DNA of 63,235 nucleotides, the filler included, from Bigelowiella natans CCMP2755 (Eukaryota; Protista; Cercozoa): the NCBI GenBank assembly GCA_000320545.1. It is 6 parts of 6 records of this genome, joined end to end, with 100 filler letters (N's around TTAATTAATTAA, not from the genome) between each part and the next. Parts side by side here need not be neighbours in the genome. Positions count along the whole stretch, not along the records: positions 27,669 to 55,160 come from ADNK01003308.1; 5 more parts are not named here. The stretch is one strand, 5' to 3'. Below the pieces are notes generated by a model. It saw nothing but the letters and a program-made list of their open reading frames with translations, had not been told where the DNA came from and did no database searches. This document shows positions 28,409 to 38,500 of the stretch, one piece after another. The translations under genes were made by a program, and so were the position numbers. Position 1 is the stretch's first letter. Each line of letters opens with the position of its first letter.

Positions 28409-28920
28409 AGAAGAAGAAGAAGCTTGTTTCTTTGAAAATCGGTTTATTGATTGAAAGTATGCATGGTAGCTCGTGTCGGGAAATGCGAAGAAGCGCATAG
28501 TCAAGTGTTTAGATCCGACTTACCCTAACCCCCCTTATTTCTTAGAATCGGCTTTTCGAGAACGGCCGTGCAAAGATAGCAGGAGGCGTAGATATGGACA
28601 CGCATGCGTACAACTGTGTGCTTCTAGCAATCAAGGTAGATAATGTATTAGGAATGCATGTGCCTACTACTGTTTCTTTTGCATTCTTGTATTTCACCCG
28701 TGACCTATATATCTATACATGATGATGATGATGATGATGAGGAGGAGGAGGAGGAGGAGGAGGAGGAGGAGGAAGCGAATGATCACTCGCAGCAATAAGA
28801 GACAGCCCCAATCTACTGTATAACCACCGATAAATTATATAAAGTGATTCCGCTATTACTGTATGCTCCACCTCCTGATTAAACCAGGTATCACGCCCAA
28901 TTCGCTTGGATATCGCTGAG
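27856..28920 (+). CDS. Pentatricopeptide-repeat (PPR) protein, 3' fragment
   Basis: Exons 27856-27916 and 28189-28217 splice to DGVPPDNYTFVSAALPLARQGQLRAVLEIR, a PPR-like motif (GxxPDxxTF...G). A possible later exon reads GITPNSLGYR* near 28888-28920. Confidence 0.55.
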
Positions 28921-30760
28921 GTGAGAGTATGAAAGGAATGAGGGTTAGAAGATAGAGAGTTGAATAAGTTGGACAATAAAAGTATGAATTTCATCGAGCT
29001 AGTTCAAGGAAGACGTAACGTTTACAGTCGGTCGATAACATTGTCATGCGGCACGTCTGGCTGTGACACAGGACATGGTCGATCGGCCGATCTTGTTGTT
29101 AATCTCTATGTCTCATCGGTTATTTTTATTATGAATTCGATGGTAAAATATAGGATGTCTTGTTGGAAATGATTCAAAACGAAGTGGAGATGGATTCACA
29201 CTCCCAGAAACACATTCATAGCATAGAAAAAGCGGCACGCAGGGAAGGATACCTCTTTAGTAGGTTGAAGCAGCGTCATTATTTCAGGTAGTTTACTTTA
29301 GTGATGACGTATTGAGAGCATGGCAGGTAACTTGCAGTACGTTGTTCCTGTCACAAAATGAAAAGGATGCTGAGAATCATCTCATAGCATTTGCGTCGTC
29401 GTATACACCATTATATGCTAATTGTCAGGTAAAATTAAAGGTCAGTGTTGCTATGCGTAATAAATCAATGCTCATGCATTTGCTCATGCAATGTTTGTAG
29501 ACTGGTGCGAGCCTTTCTGTGAGGCGCCTTTGCTAGGTTAGACAAGGCGCGCATCATTGTGCACTTATGTGCACATCGATCGCATTGAGAAATCTAGAAA
29601 TGTTGGCTAGCTAGCCATCAGTTGGAGCATTAGCCATCGCTAGACCGATGTGACGGAGGCCACGCTAGCACGCATGGATGCACGTCTAGACGTGCGTCTA
29701 GATCTCATGTTGCACGAGCAACAATGTGGCATGCAATGGAGACAAGTTGCACCTGTAGATGTGTCCGATCCATGATGAAGACATTCTGGCATAGATTCAT
29801 GGACTCCATAAATTGCTAGTTTCTTTGGTGATTCAGCCAGTGCATCAACTGCAGCCATTGCACAATCCAGAAGTTGATGCACTCTGGCACTCTGGACACT
29901 GTCATTTTCCCCCAAGCTAGCAAGAACGCCGATGCGATGAGATGCAAACATTCTAGCAGTCCTCTGCTAGCTCAGAGCTAGCTAGCTAGGTGCACGCCCA
30001 CACGCGTTCCAGCTCACGGCCCAACCTTCAGAATCTTTGAGCTGCTGGAAGGCAAAATCAGTGGTGGTTCCAATGCGTTTGAATCCAAGAAATCATTGGA
30101 CGTGCCAACTCATCCACGCGCCCGCCTCCACTGATGCATTCCACTTGATGACGATTGAACTTGTTTCAGCTTTCCAGTTTCCTTTTTCGGGATGGCCATG
30201 ATCTGCTCGCTTCTTCTCCCGTGGGAGGTCGTGCACCCAACGCTCGTTCCAATTCTTTGTCAACCAGACACTTGCTAGACTTGACAATCTCCAAGTGACC
30301 CTCTTTGGAACTTCAAAGTTGACGGCGCAAAAACGCGTTTGCTTTCCCTGTCATCGACATGTGCCTTTTGCTCAATGAGACGCTTGAGCTGAGGAAGGTT
30401 GTTGTCCCTCCGGGCGGCACCAATGAGCTCAGAAGCACACATGTTTTGCCGACTGCCATCGGACACCAGCAGTTCCACCGAGTTGAGATGATGATCTCGT
30501 TTCAACTACTAGCAAGCAGCAACTTTGCAGGTTGTCGCACATGTTTCTTTCCGTCCCATTATCGACTTTGCGACACGGTAGATCACTGTCGGTATCAGAC
30601 CTTGTCGCACACATTTTCTTTCCTCCTATTACAACTGTGCGACACCGGTCCCCCATTGCACAAGGGCCGCACAGGGGCGGAGTAGGATCACAGGGCAGGA
30701 CTCATGGCAAAGCTCTAAACACACCTCCCTCCGATGACCTCTTCATTCAATAGAGGAAGA

Positions 30761-33254
30761 ATGGTAGCTCAACAATCAAGACAGGTATCGTTCTAATGTG
30801 AGTGAGGGAAGGGTTAATCCAAAGTATGAGTGTTTCAAAGCAGGTGTTCTTCCTGGTCGCAGTGACCATCATTGGCCTGATAGCAGCCCTCAGCGTTTCC
30901 AGCTTAAATACAGGCAAGATATATCCTCAAGCAGTAACATCCAGGGGTCTTCAACTTCCACACGCACGACAATACCGTAAAGAACGCCAAAATACTTTTA
31001 TCGATATTAGCACATGTTTTCTCATAACCACCTTATCTCCTTTAGATTCAGCGTTGGCAAGTACTCCAAAATCCACCCAAACCAGTTTTCGCAATATTTT
31101 CATAGCACCATCTCCTCCTCTACGACAGCAAGACCGTAGGGCTGCCCACTTCAGAGACAAAGGTGCTTTGTGCCAAAGTTGCTTCAGTAAACACAACAGC
31201 ATCGCTACTTACCCTGCTAGCAGCGAGCATGTAACTGGAAGGCAGTTAAGGAATCATCTTAAGGGAAGAGTGACTCTAGGTGATTTGTCTACCTCACCCG
31301 AAGACTCGTCATACTTTTCAATATGGGAAACTCCGGTAATGCGCGAGAAGATGGAGACATTCATAGACTGGCTCGATGACAAGGGAGTTCAGGGGCTTGA
31401 GAACGTAGGAATATCGCTGCAAGGGCAGGAGAGAGGAATTGCATTCCAGTTGGATTTACCCAAAAAATCGAAGCTACTTCGCGTTCCAATTGAAATAATG
31501 CTGACTGACCAATTAGCACCGTACGTGTACACAGCCGACACACACTTTGTCCACTCACCTGTGCCACGGAGCTATCGTTGACTTTTTGTAGAATCACGAT
31601 GTTGTTTAGTTCTTTTATAATATTTTCTATAGCGTGAGGTCATTAACCACGGAGTTTGATAACTAGGAACGATCCTTTCAAGTATGAAAACATGCCTTGG
31701 GATGTGCGACTGGCACTCAAGCTTATTCGAGAGAAAAAAAAGAATCAGGACTCCAGGTAAATATATTTGTTACAGTAGAAATTACTTGCTACGAGGAAGC
31801 TCATTTAATATCTTGGCTACTGGTAGTTTCGGTGACATAAATTCAAAATAGCTACTGGTAGTTTCGAGTACATAAATTTGAAAAAGCTACTACGAATACC
31901 AAAACTACATCTAATCATATTTAGATCGCGAGTGTATGTTTTACGTATTTCTACACATGGAAGATTGATTCATCATTTATTAAATTTATCACTTCAGATT
32001 TGCTCCATATATCGATATTTTGCCTTCGAAGGCTAGCGGCAATTTTCTGCCCGTATTTTGGTCTCCACAAGAAAGAATGATGCTGGAATACCCGGACATG
32101 ATCGTTAAGCTAGAGGCTATCGACAACAATCTCAACAACGCTTATAACGAATTGCTTGTGAAAGGAAAGAGAGCAAACCTTCCCCTCGATTTTACTCGAG
32201 AAGAGTTCCATTGGGCGTGGGAGATCGCGCAATCAAGAGCCTTTGCCTTTGAGACCAACCTAGGCAAAACGTAAGTGAAATCCTGTCTTAGCAATAATAT
32301 ATGTTTATCATATAATTTATCTCATCGAAATATATGATGCTACGCATTCAACCATTATCACTTGAAGCAGCAGGAACCGTAGTCGTTGCTTATAACTTAG
32401 ATTGCTGTACATGAATAGTAGTCACGAAATATTCTGCATATCGAGCAAAACGTAAAAACATATAGTTGGTATAAATGCCAACCTACTCACAATAAATGCA
32501 GCAAATATCGGGTAACATCTAATTAGCTTATTGTGTTTCTGGTAAAGGTATGCTTTGGCGCCTTTGGTTGACCTGTTCAATCATGGCTGTGAGGAAGGTC
32601 TTCCAACGGGGGGGGATGGAGGCAGCGGTAACGATCCCAGCACCAGAGCAAATCTCCTTTACCCTCCCATGAACACGGTGTGGAGGGTTCGGAAGGATAA
32701 AACAGGCCGCATTGCCTTGGAAATGAGAATATGGAGCGATGTAGTCCAGACGGATACAGAAGCTCTCTTGTGCTATGGTGGCGGGGAGGGGGGCGGCGTT
32801 TCAAACGATGTTCTACTTCAAAACTATGGCTTCTGCTCGGGAGCCAACCCATCTGATGATGTGAGTATCTTTACGTCTATGGACCAGCTCATCCGTTGGT
32901 ATTTCGAGGCCAGGCCGATGGGGGAGGGGGAAAAGGGCGCAGATGGCTCCGCCCCAACTACAATACAAGATGTAGGACGGGCAGCCGTCGATTCAGTAAA
33001 TCGCTTTCAAGAGACTCTCGTTCGCATGAATGAAGTGGACAAAAAGTTCTTGGAAGACCCTAGGAATGAACGAATGGCAGTGATAAATGGGGGGGAGGTC
33101 GACATCCGCATCATCATTGCATTTGCTAATATGGAGAGGAAAAGACAGGGACTTGGCATTTCAACACAACTGGAAGATATCGATACAACATTGCCAAAAA
33201 AGCTTCTGGTCTTACGTTTGGTGGATATCTTGTAATACAGTGTTTTTTCCAGTT

Positions 33255-33307
<53 letters not shown>

Positions 33308-34106
33308 ATGTGTGTGTGTGTGTGTGTGTGCGTTTTGGATACGCCTCCACATGTAAGAACCTAATGTGCGTATCAGGTATAACGACTTCAAAACACCATT
33401 GTTGCGTGATCTTGCCATACTTGCTGGAAGTAAGAACAACCAGTGTATTTGTTGTTGCTTGCTTGTTGTTAAGATCTGTCATCATCGCATGCGGTTGAAT
33501 GTATTTTTGTCGGTGGAATTGGTGTTGCAAAGAATACCCAGTGATACTCACTTCTAGGCTAAAAGTGCTTTTCAGTAAATTTTGAGTCGCAAGCTTCTAG
33601 CTTTATGTGATATATGCATGGTTAATTTAAATATTTTAAATATATGTATTATGCATATTTATATCATATAGAAATATAAGTAAAATACTATGTTCAATTC
33701 AGGTATGTTTGATCCTGAGAAGTGGGCTGCAGAGTTGCAGAAAGGAGAGATGGATAATAGTGACGGTGGAGAACGGCACGTTGAAATGTTGGAGCGAATT
33801 CATTTTGGACAGCTGCGATTTTCAATGGAAAATATGCTTAATTTTCTTGCCAGAGTCGAGGTCATTCCAAACAATTTGGGGGGCTATTTAAAAGGCTTAG
33901 ATGCTGATGAAATTTATGAAGACATAGAGCCAGTAAGATATGGCTCTAACCAGTGGACTGCGACCATGTACAGGGCCTTGAAGAAGATTTCATTGGTAGA
34001 AGCAATAATTGGCTATCTTGATAACAGCGTAGTAGGACCCTCTGATGCTGGAAACAACGCACGCAGTGGTGACGATGCCACGAATGGCGATGGACAACTG
34101 TTTTGA
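30761..34106 (+). CDS. SET-domain protein lysine methyltransferase (Rubisco LSMT/SETD3-like) with a bipartite N-terminal leader
   Basis: FIDWLDDKGV, LLRVP, LALKLIREK, RFAPYIDILP, FWSPQE, FTREEFHWAWEIAQSRAF, LAPLVDLFNHG, LLCYG...SNDVLLQNYGF. Hydrophobic leader VFFLVAVTIIGLIAALSVSS. Start is ATG 30761 (spliced) or 30826. Confidence 0.9.
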
Positions 34107-35173
34107 GTGAATACACCTACAAATTTGTGATGATCATTTGATTGGATGCTGATGCGATGGCACTAGACATGCTGATGAAATGCACAGTGATGTGCACACG
34201 TACTGTTGCATCCATTTTGATCAAGCCCCTGTCATTCACACCAAAGACTCGTTCATTAGAGACATCACGTTTCATCACACACGGTCTAGACTAGTAGACA
34301 GTGAATTAGCGCTACCTAGCTACACCGGTTTACAATAGACATACGTATATATCATATATGTAATATATATAATGTATATATAATACATACTGTGTCCATA
34401 GTGTTTAGCAGTTGTTCATCATGACTGTAGATGACAGTTGCAGTGCATGACTGCAGAGATGTTCATGTCACTTCCGCGCGCGCGTGTGAGAGTGAGCTCT
34501 AGAGTGCGGCAACGTCTAGCTAGCTCTCTAGCCCTGCTAGCCTAGTCGCCATTCATGCATTTGTCTCAACTAGTCAACTACGCTGTAGCCAATCTAGCAA
34601 TGCTAGAATGCCACAAAACGTTTTCCCAGTCTTGACTTGAATCAACGAGTGAATGAGTCTAGCTAGCTAGGAGTGCTGACGATGATGTAGCTAGAAGATG
34701 AAGAGCAAGAAGAAATGTGCGATGACATGTCGGGTTCCAATCCAGCCAATGACGCAGCTCAGAGGGCCATCAGAAGTGCTAGCTAGCTAGAGCTAGAGAG
34801 TGCTTTTGCTGACTCGAAGCAGTTGGGACTGAATGGATTGCAGAATGGATTGCAGAACGCACAGTTGAGGACGCGGATGAATCATCACTAGATCAGCGTG
34901 TCCCATGACACAATGATGACATCAGCGTGTCCCGTGATCCTTTCAACCGCTTCATTGAAACACTTCTTTCTTTCTGTGACTGCTGATTTGTTGGCACGTT
35001 CAGTGAGCCAGAGTTCGTACAATCTTGCTTGAAATGGTGCTTCTTTCTCTAGTTCTCTTCTTCTTGACACGTTGAGAACGCGGCGATCAGCGCACTTGGC
35101 ACAATTTGGCGATGAGAGTTCTGTTCAACCTTGCTAGCTTGCTTGCCTTGAGCAATTTTTCTTCTTCCTCATT

Positions 35174-35499
35174 TGTAGCGCGTACCACTACGCGGGCACA
35201 AGTCACGTGCGACAACAAAGGGGTTGTCGCGGATATAGAATATAGATAACGTAGATATTAATACAGCATAGGCACGTGGGTTCCGGCGGGACTCATGGCA
35301 GCACACCGGAAGTGTGCTGCCCCACGTGCGGCGGCATTCGCGAAAGCTTCGCGAATGATTACGCAGTGCACGATTTAATAAAAATATAATCTTTAATAAA
35401 AATAAACACAACTCTTCAAAAGGAAGCAAACGTGCCTTTCCCCCCCCCTGCCTACTTGTGCACGTAGCGCCTCGGCCTGTGAACACCTTACGCGCAACA
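35174..35499 (+). repeat. 5' LTR (326 bp)
   Basis: Identical by eye to 40564-40889. Contains an AT-rich TATA-like tract (~35233-35263) and three AATAAA (~35377-35406). Confidence 0.97.
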
Positions 35500-35504
35500 A
35501 CCTT

Positions 35505-35528
35505 TGGCTTCCACACACGGGAAACGAT
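35505..35528 (+). promoter_or_regulatory. Putative primer-binding site
   Basis: TGGCTTCCACACACGGGAAACGA starts 5 nt after the LTR. Its reverse complement TCGTTTCCCGTGTGTGGAAGCCA resembles a tRNA T-arm, acceptor stem and CCA end. Confidence 0.7.
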
Positions 35529-35538
35529 TTGACTAACA

Positions 35539-38500
35539 ATGTCACAGCAGCTAGAAGAACAGCAGGACTTTGGCTCGCAGGCCGTGCAAGGGCACGAGCA
35601 GAAACAGGAAAGGAAGGGCGATACGGACGCTAAGGAAGGAGGAGGAACACCTCCACAGGCACCGCCGGGACCAGCACCCGGGATTAAGAAAGCAGATGCA
35701 GCAGCAGAGGCACTGGAGAACTTCTACGAGGCGGACGACGAGGACGTGGCCGCCGAAAGCAAGAAGGTCGTAATGGCATTACGAGCCTTGCGACCCAGGG
35801 CGAGCAACTACGCCAAACTGAAAGTATCGATAGAATACAAGTATCAGACACATGATGTTTGGGCAGCTATCATGCAGGACATCATGGATTACGAAGCAGA
35901 CTTACCTCCAGAGTGGGCAGCTTTGTTTAGGAACGACGGGGGTCTGGGCGCCTCGCGGGGGACGACCCAGAGCACCGTCAAGCAGCAGCAGCCGGTACAG
36001 CGGAACACCCAGTTCATGTCTGTTAAAACAGCACCGGTTATGATAACGAAATACAACGGGAAAAGAGGTGAGGCAAGGAGGTGGTGGAAGAACGCTAGGA
36101 GTATACTCTGCGACTTTACCCCTAACCCCACCGAAAACGACAAGCTCAAATGGCTAGCTATAATAAAGCAAGCCATGGACCTTTACGAGACAGGCAGGAC
36201 CCGGATCAGGCAGCTAGAGAAAATACACACTACAGTTAGTGGGCTACGAGACGTTGAGGCGATAATGAAGGCTTTTGTAAATGAACAGGATGCTAACTCC
36301 CTACCCCAGGCTATTAGAAAATACAGAGCAATGATGCAGCATGAGAGAGAACCTGTTAGAGACTTTGCCACGCGCTTCCAGGATATGATCGACGAACTAC
36401 ATGATTTTAATTACAACACAGGTGATGATCAGGCAAGGTTTGAAGAGTTCAAGTTAAAGATAAAGGAATCCACTTACGTTACGGAGAAAGGCTACACCAC
36501 GATGGAGGCAGCAGTGCAGGCTATATCCCTACGCGAGCAGGAGCAGGACCGCAAGTTTACCAGCCCTAAGGTACCTGGCATAGGAAACATTAACGCTATT
36601 AAGCCGCAGCGAGACTGGTACAAGGACAGGGAAGGTAACCGACGTTGCGGATACTGCTCACGTAAAGGGAAACACACCGCTAAAGACTGCAGAGACAGGA
36701 AAGAAGGACGACCCAGGATGACGATCAGGCAGCTCAACGAACACTACGAGAAGTTAAAGAGAAAGAAAGGCAGAGGACAAGGATATAACAACAGCAAATG
36801 GCAAGGCAGCAACAACGGGAAGAACAATAAATATAAGAACAAAAAGCAGAACAGTATCAATGCTATACAGCAGCAGATAAACGGAATATTAGATCACCTT
36901 AAGCAGGCGCCGACGAAGACAGCAGTACCAGCAACGCAGGACCAAGACAAGCCCATGACCCTAGACGACATAAAGAACTTAGGAGTATGCAACATTAATG
37001 ACGAAGACGCTAACAGGACTATCAAAGTTGCTATGACCAAGGTTAAAGTTAAAGACAGCTACGGAGACTACAAGAAACTACCTGCCCTTTGGGATAGTGG
37101 CAGCATGCCGAAGTCCTTCATAAGCCTAAGCACAGTAAGAAGGTTAGGACTATTGGATCAAGTGACTAAGAAAGAACGTAAATATGCTCAAGCAGACGGA
37201 AGCTCTTCCATGAAGACCGTCGGTGAGCTAATGCTAAAGCTACAGATACCTGGCAGCGACGCGGAGACCCAAATCAAGACCCGAGTAGCCATGACTTTAT
37301 CCATGGAACTACTCCTCGGACAGGATGCCCTAGAAAAATTAGGGGGGATCATATCATTCTACAATCACAAGATATACTTTGCTAAGTTGCCAAAGAAGTC
37401 AGGCAGGACCATCAGCCAGAACATGATACGGCTTGACGAGTGGACCTCTGAGTCAAGCGTTAATGCGTTAGAGTTTATGGACCTAGCGGACAACAAGCTA
37501 CCTACACCTACCGAGCTACGGAAGAAGAACCCCGGCAAGACCATCCGACAGATAACGGAGCTACTGGACAAGACCCCCCCAGCTGATGATTGGGATATCG
37601 ACAAAGGCAAAAAGTACATTAATAAAATATTAAACGAGAAGTACTCTGACATCACCAAGCCGACGACGAAGCCCTCCAGCAAGCTTACCCCAGTAAAGAT
37701 CGAGCTAAAGAAGGGATACGAAGAGTGCATCATCAATGACCCAGAACATAGGCGACCGGAAGCGGACTGGGAAAAGATAGAGTGGCAGATCAATGAATGG
37801 GCAAAGGAAGGGAAGATAGAGCCAAGCAACTCACCATGGAACGTGAGACATGTGCTAGCTAAGAAACCTACTTACCCTTTCTTCCGCCTGGCGCACAACT
37901 TCATCCGCCACAACCGAGTAATAAAGAGGATCCAGACACCTACACCAAGGATAGATGACGTTATTGAACACGTCATAGGATACAAATACTACTCTTCCCT
38001 AGATAAAAATGAATCATACATGCAGACACCCATCCACAAAACCTCCCGCCCCATTACCGCGTTCTCCAGCAGGCACAGGAAGTGGCACTTCGTCGTATTC
38101 CCTTACGGCCTAAGCATATCAGGGGATGCGTTCAGTAGTCAGAACTACAGGGCATACACACATGATGGGATGGCGTCTGTGTTGTGGGTGTTTGTGTTTG
38201 TGTATGTGGATGATGACATAATATGTACCAACACAGTCGTCGCTCAGATCTTCCTCCTGGAAAATATATTTATTAGGTTTGCACACTTCGGTTTTACTAT
38301 TAGACTGCAGAAGTGTACATTCCTAGCTACAAGAATCAAGTGGTGTGGATATTACCTGGAGCAAGGCCGCATCACCCCAAACCCCGAGAAAGTAGCAGCA
38401 CTACAGCAAGCCCCTAAACCTAAGAATGCAAAGGAGTTAAAGTCATTCTTGCAGACTGCAGCTTGGATACTACGTAGGTTCTCCCCTACCTACGCTAGGA

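Noticed and set aside
35271-35360. HDV-like or hammerhead ribozyme in the LTR (stem followed by GG, hairpin, GCGAATG)
   Set aside because: The 3-bp P3 and 7-nt L3 core does not fit, and there is no CUGANGA/GAAA core. Kept only as an unclassified structure.
35169-35516. Duplicated antisense ORFs (115 aa, and 129 aa at 40517-40906)
   Set aside because: They are just the LTR read on the minus strand, with no recognisable motifs.
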